DNA of 64,000 nt, from the NCBI GenBank assembly GCA_000091205.1, contig AP006484.2, one strand, 5' to 3'. Position 1 is the stretch's first letter; each line of letters opens with the position of its first letter. The notes under the pieces are model-generated. The model worked only from the letters and a program-made list of their open reading frames with translations. It was not told where the DNA came from and made no database searches. Both the position numbers and the translations under genes were made by a program. Below are positions 44,975 through 57,158 of the stretch, one piece after another. The stretch is from Cyanidioschyzon merolae (lineage: Eukaryota).

Positions 44975-45992
44975 TTACAAAGACGATGTCTTTTGGCGTT
45001 GAATCTCGCGATCTAATTGGCGACGAAGCTGTAGGTAGAGTGTCGCGGAGCCGCTGCCGCCACCTGCTTGTACGCGGTCGTCACCAGGCTCTAGACGCCG
45101 AGTGCGCCGCGCCCCGCCACATTGGATGCTGGACGTGTGCGCTGGGTCAGTGCTGCCGCGAGCTGGCTGCTCAGCGACATGCTCGGCTTTTCGAATGCGA
45201 ATACCGGCGTATTGACCGCGACTGACGTGTGCGCGAGCTTGGGCATCGGCCTGGGCTTGTGCCTGTTGTACCACCCGCAGCGCTTGCTCGTAAACGACCT
45301 GCTGATCACGATCCGTCTCTCCCGCGATACGCGACTCATGCCGAGAACGGCCGCGCGACTTGGCCTCCCAGGCCGCAATCGAGTCCCGCAGGGCTGCCTC
45401 CTGGAGCCACTCGGTTGCACGCTGACGCTGCTCGGCTGTTTCACGCTTTCGACGCAGGCGACTGCGCACCAGTCGTTTAAGGCGATTTCGCCGCGTCCGA
45501 CGACTCGAACGCGACGCTTCCGTATCGCCCTGCTTGAGCCGTAGTGACGCATCGGTGTCGACACCAAGGCGCGAGGCCTGCTCACGGACTGGATCGCGAG
45601 CGACGCGCTGCTCCGCAAGCGCCGCCGCCTCCGCTCCCGGTACATCGCCACGACCCAAAACCATCCAAGGCGCTTCTCCGACAGCAACCGTTTGTGTCGC
45701 ATCGGATACCAGCTTTTGCGGTCGCAATGACCAGCCGTCCGCGACCGCGAATGACCTGGTTTCCAGTACTCGCTCTGCCACCTCAGTCTGTGTCGCGATT
45801 GCGGAAGCCAGCTCCCCGAACAACGCATCCACCTGTTGCTCTAGCGGATTCCGGGGCGATTTCGGCGTCTGCGTCGAGGCGCCACGCACGATGCCCTGCG
45901 CCCCGGCTGTGGCAGCGTCGCGGCCGGCGTAGAGTTCAGCGAGGCCCTGCGCTGAGCGCTCCTGCGATAGCTCGAATGCGCCAGCATCAGGC

Positions 45993-46023
<31 letters not shown>

Positions 46024-47836
46024 CCGCCGCCGAAGGCCGCACGCGCCGCTGCACATCATCGAACGCCTGATCAAGGACACGTTGCAGGACACGTCGTCGG
46101 ATGCTCGCCTCCGTGAGCACATGCGTGTCCGTGTCCTGTGACGTGTCCGTGTCTGAATCTGCAGCGCGATCCGAGATCGCCGCTTCATCGACGTGGTTGC
46201 CTGCGAGCGCTGCCTCGTAGGCGTGCGTGCGAATGCGCGGTCGACGCGCCACCGACAGATCAAAGTCTAGCTCGGCATCGAGGACGGAGTCTACGGGGCG
46301 CTCATGACCGGTAACTTCACCGCGAAGCTGCCAGGGCTTCTCCTCTAGGTTAAATTTCTCTAGTGAACGGGCTCGGGTTCGCAACAGCGCCTCGCACCGT
46401 TCAAACGCGGATGTTTGGGCGGGTTCAGGTGTTGTCACTGGTGTGCACGTGGACGTGTTATCCAGAGTTGGCGCCGCTGTTGAAAGCTTGTGTGCGTTGT
46501 GCTTGCTGTCGTGTCTATTCTCCGCCGGTTGCGACTTGGTATCCATTGTAGCGTTTGTATATTGGTTGCGCTTTCTGTGTGGAAATGATTGCTCGCGTGG
46601 CGATGCATCGGAGCGCAACGAGTCGGATGCCTCTGAGCCGAAAAACTGCTCGTAATAGACATCATCTTCCGGAGAAGCTGAGGATTCCAGTGTGCCTGAG
46701 TCATCATCTGTCCCGAACGAATCTAACGAGGCATCGTCTATGTTGTCGATACTTGCTGTTGGTGATTCCGCGCTTGACCATGACGCATCTGGTGTCTGCT
46801 CGATCCAGGGGTCCAACTGGGCCACATGCGACGGCAACGCTTCACTGCGATTGTTTGCGTTGGAGTGCTGCGGCAGGGACTGGGCCTCGGAACCGGAGGC
46901 AGATGCACCGGCGGTGTTCGCTTCAGGCGCTGCAACATTGTGCGCCGATTCAATGGCGTTATCGCAGGTATCGCTATGACCTGGGCCTTTTTCATTCGAT
47001 TCGTCAGAGAGCAGGCAGTCTGGTGCCGATTCATCCGCTACGGACGCCGCGTTCGTACTCAGGGCGCGTCTCTTCACCGACGCAGCAGCATCTGACGCAA
47101 GCGAGTTTAACTCCATATCCGCACTCGTATGGCCAAACTTGCGTAGCGCTTCGTGGCCGACGTTCGCACCAAAGTCGCCACACGCTGCTTCATCCATTTC
47201 GTCCCGCTCACTGGAGTCTGAGGTCGACGAACCAGCATCATACATGGTATCGCACGCCTCCAGCATCGCATGCCCGATGATAAATTCATCATTGTCATTT
47301 TCATCGTCATCGTCATCGAAGAAAAAGTTTGGCGACATGCAGCCAACCTCCTCGTCTTGGTCCCGAACAAATTCCCGCGTTTCATTGCGCTCGTCATCGA
47401 AGCGTACCCGCTTCAGTGTCCCGTTATCCTGGCTCGGCGCTGTGTCCGCGGTAGAAGCAACCTCTATACATTGAGCGCTTCCGCCGCCCGTTGCAAACTC
47501 ACTTTCTATTCGCTCAAGCGTTTTCCTCGCAGCTGCACATAACGATCGGTTTCGTGTTTCGAGTTCGGCCCAAACTTGCTCGAGATCGAAACCGGCGATG
47601 CTCAATCGCTTGAGTTCGCCGAGCGTTGATCGCAAAGCCGCTGCGCGCCTTCCCAGGCATCGCCGCTTCGTTTGCCACTCAAGCGTCTTCGCAGCCGAGT
47701 CAAACAGCAGCTTACACAAGATACGGAGTTCCGAGGCCCCGCTCGGTTCCGCAACTCGTCCGGGGTCCGTTTGCGCTGCCTCCCAGGACAGCAGGCGAGC
47801 GTGCCACTCGCGCAGTGCGGCTGCTGTTTCGTGCAT
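44975..47836 (-). CDS. Large acidic low-complexity protein (953 aa; poly-Ala, poly-Asp and Ser/Asp-rich), possibly nuclear or nucleolar, function unknown
   Basis: The ATG at 47836 is genuine. The ORF is long, with a non-repetitive N-terminal 130 aa (…ELRILCKLLFDSAAKTLEWQ…DLEQVWAELETRN…) and a basic C-terminus (RRTRRNRLKRLVRSRLRRKR). It contains FFFDDDDDENDNDEF and A11 tracts. Confidence 0.5.
45993..46022. repeat. (CAG)10 microsatellite, coding poly-Ala on the minus strand
   Basis: The sequence is gcagcagcagcagcagcagcagcagcagcag. Confidence 0.85.
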
Positions 47837-48533
47837 GCCAGTACGACACTTGGAACGCTCCTTGCTTTCGCCAAAATCGCCCGCAGTTCACGCCAAAATC
47901 AGTTCTGAAAACGAAGTTGATAACCTTGGCTTCCACCACTACAACTACAAAGACCACCGGTACCAGTACCGAGTTTGAGGCAGCTCGTCGTCAAGCGTCC
48001 TGTGTCAGCGCAAACAGGTTCATGAATGAACGCAGGGCGGACGCGTGCCGACGTCGACGCCTGCGCTTCCGCCGGTCAACGAGAGCTGTGCAAGCAGACC
48101 GGCCACAGGCGGCTCGGAAGCTGTCCATGCGACGCTGTGCTCGTATCGTTACGCGTTATTCAAGGTATCCAGGGAGCTCCGAGTCCGAGTTGTACATTGC
48201 CGTCAGGAAAAGCATACATCAATGAGCACCAGATCCTCGGGGTTTCAGCAGTCGGCACGACCCGGGCTTCGCTCGGGGCATGTACGTCCGTTCCGACAAG
48301 CCTCGGGGTGCCGAGTGCCTGTCGCGAATGCTTCCAACGATGCCTGTATCGTCGCTGCGGACACAGCGTCGAGACGAAACGACATTGTCGTACGCTTTGG
48401 GACGCATGGAACCTGAGCCTCTCGCTACGAGGTGCCGCTCAACGCATGACCAGAACTGAGGCAGCTGGAGCATATTCCCTCCGCATGGCAATGATGGTAT
48501 GGACCCTGGAATGAAGACTGCCGCAGAACCTCT

Positions 48534-48572
48534 GGTGTGTGTGTGGGTGTGTGTGTGTCTGTGTTTGTGTCT
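48534..48572. repeat. Imperfect (TG)n microsatellite
   Basis: The sequence is tggtgtgtgtgtgggtgtgtgtgtgtctgtgtttgtgtc. Confidence 0.75.
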
Positions 48573-51500
48573 ATGGAGAGCCTGCATCAACGGCGTGCCG
48601 GATACGAAAGCGCTATAGGCGTGGAAGCTACCGCGCATGCTTACAGACCGTGCCTCGTAGAGAGGGTATGTTGTTGCGGCCTCTTTGGTTGCAGAGGGGC
48701 TCGTTCGTCGGCCTCGCAGGTTGATATCCGTACATCAGCATACGTTTCAAAGTTTACGTCGGAAACGGCACTGCTAGAAAGGTTTCTCTCTCGTGAAGAG
48801 CCGCAGGACTAGTACCGACACTGCAGCCTCTTCCCAGACTCCGGGGCCGCTGCGTACTCGAGCGGGTCCAGGAACTGTGCGCCGTTTTTGGAGACAACTG
48901 CGTCAGTGACTGGACACCAACTGGGAGCTGCTGAGAACATGCACTGAGTTGCAGCGTGCGCTGCTCAGCCTGCGCTGGACAGGCAGGCGACCTTGCTTCG
49001 ACGCTGCCGGCGCCTTCTCGAGGCCGCCTTCCAGGACATCTAGTGGACCGGCCTGCAGCATTAGCGTTGCTTTGAGGACACGTGTGTATGCAAGTATGCA
49101 CCAGCCAGTTGGAGCGCTGGTTCGCTGCTGATGGACGAAGGCTGCGCACTAGTCGCAGTTGTCACGCGGAAAGCTTTCATGAGCTTTCTCGCACGGCGCG
49201 CTCCGAAAGCCGCGTCATCATAGGCATCCATTCCGCGGATGCACCTGCCGAGGACACGATTCGGAAGCCAGCGTCGCCTTTGCGCTTGCTGATGCTGCTA
49301 ACTCTGCCGAGCAGTGTGCGATGTGGCATCGCTGCTTTCTGCAAACGAACCTAGAACGCATTCTACGCTGCATCGACGCCCGAGATGCATACTCGGAACC
49401 GCGCGCTCGCGAATACTTGATCTCTCTTGGTAGGTTCGTTACGAGACGCGAGGTCTTGTCTCTGGAGCAGGTCCATCTTGTGTTGCGCTCACGAGGCTAC
49501 CGAGCGGAAACTTCTGCGGATCGAGCGATTCCGCGGTGCTCGGTACCGTTTCCAGGCCTGTGCACCTCGGCCGCCACGCGCGGCAACTGGGACCTCTCGG
49601 ATGAGCGAATGCTAGCCCGGGGTATCGCTCTGGTTGCCGAGTTTCTCCAGCGTGTCGCTTTGCATCGCTGTCGGGTCGCTTACGTGAGCTACCTGTCGTT
49701 ACCCAGACCGATATCGAGCCCCGAGCCCGCGTCGAGTACGCTGCACCTCGAATGGATGCGCGTAAAGGTGCTGCGAAGTCGTCGTATCGCCAGGGCAGTG
49801 ACAGCAGCGATGCAGATAGGATTGCGCTATGCACGAAACCCGTGGATGCATACCTCGTCCGGTCTTGTATTCCCTAGCAGAGTGCTGTTCTGAAAGTGAT
49901 GCAACCTGGGTGTTAACGTGTCAGCGCTGAAGTACATAGCCTCATCGATGGCGCCTGATTTGCCGCATCGATCCCTGACCACCTGGGTCGCGGGCGTGCA
50001 GCGCCTCGTTCGACCAGATGCATATGCACCTTGAGACACAACAATATCGACAAACATGTACCGTGCGATTCACGAGCGGGACTTTGACATATTGCAGCGT
50101 CCCCGGTGCGCGGTCTGCGACAGCGGCATGCGGCATGTGAGCGCTACCGCTGGCGTCGCAAACGTGCCCGCCGAGAACCCGAAGCACAACTAGAGCCGCG
50201 TTGGATTAAAGTGGGACAGTGAACTGCTTGTTCTGTTCCTGTTATTCGATTCATTCACGGATTTTGTAGACGTACAGCCTCGACGCTCAAGCCAAGTCCC
50301 GCTGTAACGGCCTACGGATTCGAAAGCAATGCTGAAGACTCTCAGTCGTTTATTCGGAGTTGCTCCTTTGACGCCTCGCTGCTGGAGTTCCTTGCCCTAA
50401 TGGTATCAAAATGAACCGCGACGCTCTGGGACTAAAGTTCGTGAACCAATGGATACCATCATCGGTGCCGTGCGTTACGCATTCCCAAATGACGCATTCT
50501 GCATGTTTTCGATCCTTACGTTTCAAGGCAACTTGTGGGCACAGTCATTGGCCTCGCTAAATTGTCGCGGAGAAACGACTTGATGTCATTCGTTGGGAAA
50601 CTCTATGCGAGATCATCTCGCAAGTCCATTGAACTTGTTACGTCAAATCATCGATTCCGTTCCCAAGACACATCCTGTTTCGCACATCGCCATCGACGAC
50701 ACAATATTCAGCATCTGCATATTACATCGCATCGGAAACACCCCGAGAGGCTCATGTCTCTGCTATTTGCATGGAAACGGGTCCTGGACTCGGACTTGAG
50801 TCGTCCCAGCGATCGGTTCGGGTGGAGCATGCGTCACCGCCTTGCACGAAGGCAACGTGTGCTGATCGGGATATTTCGATGAGCTCTGTATCCTCGATTT
50901 ACCTACCGGTGCTTGTTTCATCATGGATAACATTGCGTTCAACAAAGTCTCTCTTGAATGGAGCGGCGTGCGCTTGCGACTGCAGCGGACTGCGTACTCG
51001 CCAAGAGCGTTGCACAGCAGAAGCGCATGATCATAGGGCAAGGCACCGCGCGCGCGAAATCGGAGGACGACATCCCAGTGAGCAGTTTTTCACATGTCTG
51101 GGGCATGCACCAATCCACGAAGCAAGCCGTGGAGCGCCAGAGGGCTGCACTCGGCGGGCAAAATGGGGTGTCCATAGAGGAGCACCTCAGCCCAGTCCGG
51201 TGTCACCGCTGGGATGAGCGCATCGATGCCATGCACATTGAAGATGAATACAGGAAGCGAAGCGTCGATCACGAATTCCGCCTGTCCATGACTTGCATTG
51301 ACTAGAACTTGAAGAGGCGAAATCAGTACATGAACGCTGCCACCAATATCCCAAGACGGCAGAAAATGGAGCCCGAGGGAAGCTGGACAACCATCGTACA
51401 CGCACCCAGAGGCCAGAATGAGGAATGGAAAGCAGTCGCAGCAGAACAAACCAGCAAGGTCTGGTGTTCATGTCAATCGGAAGAGACCCATTTTCTAGTC

Positions 51501-51841
51501 TGTACGCCGGAGTTTGCATAGTTGATCCGTTCCATTTCTTTCTGACATTAGTGCAGCGCTTTCGCGATACCGATGTGTACCAGCGGGAACGCGACGTTGA
51601 AGCCGAACGGAACGACATTGGAGAGCGTTCCCCAGGGACCAGTTTCCGAAAGCACATATCTGGCTCTAACCATGCGAGCATTCACCGACTAACCAATCTC
51701 CGTGTTTACCTTCGTTATACGGTGAAGAGACACTGCCTGCGAATGTTCAATTGACGCCGTCATGGATACCGTGAGAAATGATTCAAATCATGATACGGGG
51801 AATCACCATGGTTCGGTCAGACGTTGTGCTTGGACGCCCAT

Positions 51842-53626
51842 CTAGTAGTAGGATTCTCCTGGAATATCGTCCATGCCATCGTCGGCGCCTTTCTTGTCGT
51901 CCTTCTTTTCGGGAATCTCTACAACCAGCGCCTCGGTTGTAAGCACAAGGCCCGCCACACTTATCGCGTTTTCGATCGCACTGTTTGTCACTTTCACGGG
52001 ATCGAGGATACCCATTTCGATCATGTCGCCGTACTCTCCGGTAGCTGCATTGTATCCGTATCCAAAGGGTTTCCCGGCCACGTTTCCGAGCACGACCTCT
52101 CCCTCAAGACCGCAGTTCTCCGCGATCTGGACAAGTGGTGACTTGAGAGACCGCCGCAGCAGCTCCACTCCCAGTTGTGTGTCCTCGTCGCCGCCGACCT
52201 TGGCCTTGATCTCATCCATCTTCTGCATCATATAGACGAGCGTTGCCCCGCCGCCTGGAACAATACCCTCCTCGATCGCTGCTCGGCAGCTATTAATCGC
52301 ATCCTCGTACCGCAGCTTTTTGTCTTTGAGCTCGCTCTCGGTAGCGGCACCCACTCGAATTCGAGCGACACCTCCGCTGAGACGGGCAATGCGCTCATCG
52401 CACTTTTCGCGGTCGAACTGGGTGTCAGCGTCTTCTCGCTCCTTACGAATCTGCTTGATGCGCTCTCTTACCTCTGCCTCATGGGATCCATCCGAGATAA
52501 TTGTCGTCGTCTCCTTGCCGACGACGATACGCTCAGCGCGGCCAAAGTCCTTCTCAGTGACACCCTCTAGCGTCATACCAAGCTCACCGGCAACCACTGT
52601 GGCTCCAGTCACGATAGCGATGTCCTGCAGGTACGCCTTGCGCCGGTCACCAAACCCGGGCGCTTTGATCGCACAGACATCAAGAACGCCGCGCATCTTA
52701 TTGACCACCAGCGTTGAGAGCGCCTCGCCCGTTACATCGTCGGCGATAATGAGCAGGGGCTCTTTGTCTTTGACGCATTGCTCAAGAATTGGAATGATTT
52801 CGTTCACGTTCGAAATTTTCATATCAGTGATCAGGATTCGCGGCCTCTCTAGCGTGCAAGTCTGGCGATCCTGCTCCTTCACGAAATATGGCGACAGGTA
52901 ACCACGATCGATCTCCATGCCCTCGGAGAACTCGACATCGTCCGTGATCGTTTGCGACTCCTCCACAATCGTGCTGCCGTTCTCTCCAACTCGCTCAAAA
53001 GCCTGCGCAATGATACGCCCAAACTCCTCGCTATTGCCTGATGCAATCGTCGCGATTGCTTCAATGTCCTTGGGGCTCTTGATCGGCACTGCTAGTTTGC
53101 GGATCTCCGCGCGCAACAGCTGGCCTGCCTTGTCCAGACCGCGCTTCAGTGCAATGGGGTTCGCGCCAGACTCAACCAGCTTCAGACCCTGGTTAATGAT
53201 AGACTGAGCGAGCACTGTAGAGGTTGTGGTTCCGTCCCCGGCCCGCTGATCCGTCTTCGACGCCACCTCCTGAAGGAGGCGCGCACCCACGTTCTCCGTG
53301 GGATCCTCAAGAGAAATATCTCGCGCGATCGTCACCCCGTCGTTCACGACTTCAGGTGCACCGTACGAGCGCTCCAGAACGACATTACGCCCCTTTGGAC
53401 CCAACGTGATGCGTACCGCATCTGCAACTGCATTGATACCGCGAACAAGCCGACGACGAGACTCCTCGTGGAACACCACCTGCTTGGCAGCCATACTCAC
53501 AGACAGCACCGAAGAGCGCCCCGGCGTCGTCCTCCTTGACAGTTTCTGCCCCATCTGCAGACGACCTGACGCATCAAACCTTCCAACGAAGCCATTAGCG
53601 ACGAACATGCACTGCATTGGAACCAT
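51842..53626 (-). CDS. CPN60: Chaperonin 60 (Cpn60/GroEL), plastid-type, with a ~45-aa N-terminal presequence
   Basis: AAKQVVFHEE...PEVVNDGVTIARDISLEDPTENVGARLLQEVASKTDQRAGDGTTTSTVLAQSII matches the chloroplast Cpn60 VNDGVTIAR signature rather than the mitochondrial KDGVTVAK. The ORF-track start at 53692 is GTG and the first ATG is 53626. The presequence is R/S/G-rich. Confidence 0.88.
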   Translation of the reverse strand: MVPMQCMFVANGFVGRFDASGRLQMGQKLSRRTTPGRSSVLSVSMAAKQVVFHEESRRRLVRGINAVADAVRITLGPKGRNVVLERSYGAPEVVNDGVTIARDISLEDPTENVGARLLQEVASKTDQRAGDGTTTSTVLAQSIINQGLKLVESGANPIALKRGLDKAGQLLRAEIRKLAVPIKSPKDIEAIATIASGNSEEFGRIIAQAFERVGENGSTIVEESQTITDDVEFSEGMEIDRGYLSPYFVKEQDRQTCTLERPRILITDMKISNVNEIIPILEQCVKDKEPLLIIADDVTGEALSTLVVNKMRGVLDVCAIKAPGFGDRRKAYLQDIAIVTGATVVAGELGMTLEGVTEKDFGRAERIVVGKETTTIISDGSHEAEVRERIKQIRKEREDADTQFDREKCDERIARLSGGVARIRVGAATESELKDKKLRYEDAINSCRAAIEEGIVPGGGATLVYMMQKMDEIKAKVGGDEDTQLGVELLRRSLKSPLVQIAENCGLEGEVVLGNVAGKPFGYGYNAATGEYGDMIEMGILDPVKVTNSAIENAISVAGLVLTTEALVVEIPEKKDDKKGADDGMDDIPGESYY

Positions 53627-53744
53627 GAAAACTGGTAAAGCGCACTGGAAAAGAGCTCGCTTCGACGCTATCCCAATGCCTCGGACGCACACTCAGGAAT
53701 CACCAGATGCTATTGATGATGACGAAGTTGATCGAAGACGCCGT

Positions 53745-53781
<37 letters not shown>

Positions 53782-53782
53782 C
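53745..53782. repeat. (GGC)12 microsatellite in the Cpn60 5' region
   Basis: The sequence cggcggcggcggcggcggcggcggcggcggcggcggc lies about 120-155 bp upstream of the Cpn60 ATG on the coding strand. Confidence 0.9.
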
Positions 53783-54096
53783 ACGCGCCATTGAGGCGCG
53801 CGCGCGATGTGCATCACGGATCGAGAAAGAAGCGGGTCGACGCCCGCTGTGGTACGGCAACGCCGCTCTGTTTCCGTGCAGCATCCGCACCGGCGCCTGA
53901 GGCGCCATGGCGGTCAATCAGGACAGGCACCCGGCACACGATAGAACGTATGAAACGACCAGAATATCCGAGAAGAAGTAAAGGTAATGGAATTTGGAAT
54001 CAGGGCGTGGATCGACGGATGCTTCACCGTGCACTGAAGAATACAAACAAAAGAAAAAGAGAGAAAAGTGCTCGATTAGAGAACGCTGGCCTATTT

Positions 54097-54665
54097 TTCA
54101 GATGACAAATCGTTTACATTGACCATGGATCGCAGCATTCGGAATGGAGAATGGCTTTCGGGAAAGCGTCCATCATGAAGCACCTCCCTTCAAGTTCCAT
54201 TACCAGTACTTCTTCTTATCAGATATACAGGTCGTTTCGTATGTTGTGTCGTGCGCCGAGCCTGCCGAAAGCGACAGCAATAGCGCATATACCGCTGAAG
54301 CAGGTGCGACACGGAGACAGAACGGCTTTGCCATTACCAATGAAAGCGTCGACTCGAGGCGTGGTTCCTCCGACATAGGGTCGGAGCACATAGTAATTCT
54401 GGGAGCCTGCAAGCTGCCCAGACGGACGTGCAACCTGCGACAGCGCGAAGCGATATACTAGGAGTCCGCTGCGACCAGGGCGACGCCCGGGCGCAGCATA
54501 ACTGCGCTTATTCCCGGAAGGAACTGTGTTGAGGACGAGCTGTTCATGTCTCGCCACAGCACCCGCCACTGGGGGAGCACGAAGCACGAGCCCGGGACAC
54601 TCGTCCGGCTCGCGGGGCCTTCTACCTAGAAGGTAAACTTTCGAAGATACGGGAACTTTTCACCG
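54097..54665. repeat. Left arm of a large near-perfect inverted repeat (about 569 bp)
   Basis: The reverse complement of 55435-56005 matches 54097-54665 with 1-2 mismatches, for example ttcagatgacaaaTcgtttacattgaccatggatcgcagcattcgg. ORF pairs 54144-54461(+)/55641-55958(-) and 54219-54587(-)/55515-55883(+) are identical mirror images apart from one H/Y change. Confidence 0.95.
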
Positions 54666-55434
54666 TTCCAACGCTCATTATCAAGGTCAAAAGAAACTGT
54701 TATCTAGTTGCTGGTCAGTGTTTAGTTTCTGTTCTTTCTTCCCTAGGAGAATGCTCTCTGCTCGCGGCCTGGCACAACTGGAGGGCCCACCAGTCCGAGG
54801 ACTAGCCTTTGTTGCCGCTGTTTCTATGCAAAGCTCTGCCGCGCGCGCTCCTTCTCTCTTTCTCTCTCTACATTCTCCTGTCCGCGCCCTTGGCCAAAAC
54901 TCTGAAAAGATATCGCTCGCGTCACTCGTGTTCCTATGTAGGGTATATAGATACGCACTCACAGACGCCTCCGGGCCTTTCCTTGACGGGCCGCGTGCTA
55001 CCGGATTCAGCTTCTCCTCGTACACTACGAGCCTGTCATCGTTTTCTGCTGCTGCCTCCGGCCCTCCGTTCGTTGCGGCCAAGGTCCCTGTCATGGGCTT
55101 CCTTCCCCGTCGCTCGAACACCCCGAGTGAACCCACTTTCAGAGCTTCGCCGAAACAACTAGACCTCTCAGACGGGGGTGGTGTGTGTGGGGCTTTAAGA
55201 TACTTGCTCTTTAGTACACAGTCTGTGGCTAGTTTGTTTTGTTGTTTTTTTCTTTTGTGTTTGGGCAGGTGTCTCCGTCTTGATTGGCTGCGTATCGATG
55301 AATATCACGCGTCGTGTCTCATGCCTGCCTGATCTCCCAGGCGCGCTCACCAAGCGAACTATAGAATCACGTACAGAGACTCATGACTAACGCGCAACGA
55401 TATGAAAATTTCCCCCTCTGAGCTAAACGTTAAA

Positions 55435-56005
55435 AAGAGGAAAAGCTTCCCGTATTTCAGAAAGTTTACCTTCTAGGTAGAAGGCCCCGCGAGCCGGACG
55501 AGTGTCCCGGGCTCGTGCTTCGTGCTCCCCCAGTGGCGGGTGCTGTGGCGAGACATGAACAGCTCGTCCTCAACACAGTTCCTTCCGGGAATAAGCGCAG
55601 TTATGCTGCGCCCGGGCGTCGCCCTGGTCGCAGTGGACTCCTAGTATATCGCTTCGCGCTGTCGCAGGTTGCACGTCCGTCTGGGCAGCTTGCAGGCTCC
55701 CAGAATTACTATGTACTCCGACCCTATGTCGGAGGAACCACGCCTCGAGTCGACGCTTTCATTGGTAATGGCAAAGCCGTTCTGTCTCCGTGTCGCACCT
55801 GCTTCAGCGGTATATGCGCTATTGCTGTCGCTTTCGGCAGGCTCGGCGCACGACACAACATACGAAACGACCTGTATATCTGATAAGAAGAAGTACTGGT
55901 AATGGAACTTGAAGGGAGGTGCTTCATGATGGACGCTTTCCCGAAAGCCATTCTCCATTCCGAATGCTGCGATCCATGGTCAATGTAAACGTTTTGTCAT
56001 CTGAA
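55435..56005. repeat. Right arm of the large inverted repeat (about 571 bp)
   Basis: See the left arm. The outer boundary falls at gtcatctgaa, after which the flank diverges to ataatcagg. The inner boundary falls near gaagcttttcc. Confidence 0.95.
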
Positions 56006-56210
56006 TAATCAGGTGCGCATCGGACACGTGCCTGTCACCTGTCCGCGCGCCGCAACGCCGGATCCGGATGCAGCGATACACGTCGCATAACCCGAGATGC
56101 GGGCGCTTATGCATCACTGCATACACGCATGACGGGCGTCCATGTAACACCGAACGCGCCTTTTTGTTCATTGTCTAGACGAGTTAAAAGGTTGATTATC
56201 CTGTGAATTG

Positions 56211-56888
56211 ATGACGTCGCAGACACTTGAGAACAGCGAGGACACCGAGAGCCGGCGGGTGGGAACGCTAGCCGACCGCGAGCTCGTTGCCGAGCTCATG
56301 TACCCGACCTCCGAAGAAAGCGCGTTCAGTTGTTTCCGGTGCGAAAACTGCGCAAGAACGGTGTGGGTGTGCCTTTGCGGCGCCGAAATAGTGCCCGGAA
56401 CGACACGGACGGAAGATCTTGTACCCTTACGTCGGGAAGGAGGGCGTTTGTCCCTGGTATCCTCGGGGTGGTCGGCTGCGAGTCAGTGTTCCACAGTCGG
56501 GTCGCCGTCGCTAAAAGCGCCTCCAACTCCAACAGCTGGCCATCGGGTGCCATCATGCGATCCTGTGCTGGATGTGAAGTACGCGGCAAGCAATGGACCG
56601 GTGCTCGGCGATGATGGAAAGACGGTGTTTTGCAGCATGGACTGTTATTGGAGTGCGTCGTTGGACCCAAATTGTCAGCGGATTCGCCTGGTTTACGAGA
56701 GAAAGGGCGCGCGCCCTAAGATTCTGGAACGTCGATGCGGTAAACCCGGCGGCACATTGGAGGCGGGAGCGCCTTGTCGTCCGACACGCGGGCGTCCGCC
56801 AACCGATGAGCGAGGAGCACCCGCCGCGTTGCTGCATCGCCGCCCCGATGCCATCGAGTGCAACGCGGGGGCGTCGTCACCGCAGCTG

Positions 56889-56920
<32 letters not shown>

Positions 56921-57158
56921 CCGCGTCGATGTATCCAAGAGGCTGCTCCAGAAACAAGCACAGCTACTGCGAATTCCGCAGTCGACGCGCACTGCAGAAG
57001 AAAACGATGCCTCGCTCTGGGACCGTCTGCGGTGTGGGAACCAGTGCCATCAGTCGGGTGATGTACAGCATGCGATGTACGAGCACCATGCCTACTTTGG
57101 AGGAACCTTCCGCCGAACGGTTGGTGTTGAAGTGCTTCGACGATACACCTGGTGCTGA
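56211..57158 (+). CDS. Hypothetical Cys-rich, Ser-tract protein (possible zinc-binding; FCSMDCYWS motif)
   Basis: The first ATG is at 56211 (the track start is TTG). Motifs include SCFRCENCARTVWVCLCG, FCSMDCYWSASLDPNC and CGNQCHQSGDVQHAMYEHH. An S9 tract is encoded by (GTC)n at 56889-56917. Confidence 0.35.

Larger units (their letters stand above)
54097..56005. other. 1.9-kb palindromic unit: 570-bp inverted-repeat arms around a ~770-bp CT/GT-rich spacer. A foldback-type or long-TIR non-autonomous element, or a structural palindrome, lying in the Cpn60/ORF56211 divergent intergenic region
   Basis: The spacer contains ctctctttctctctctacattctcc and gtttgttttgttgtttttttcttttgtgtttgg. It contains no credible ORF. 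Confidence 0.6.

Noticed and set aside
54718-55332. 204-aa ORF in the palindrome spacer
   Set aside because: It is low-complexity Ser/Leu/Phe-rich translation of CT/GT-rich DNA, overlapped by an equally long antisense ORF. It is not credible as a gene.
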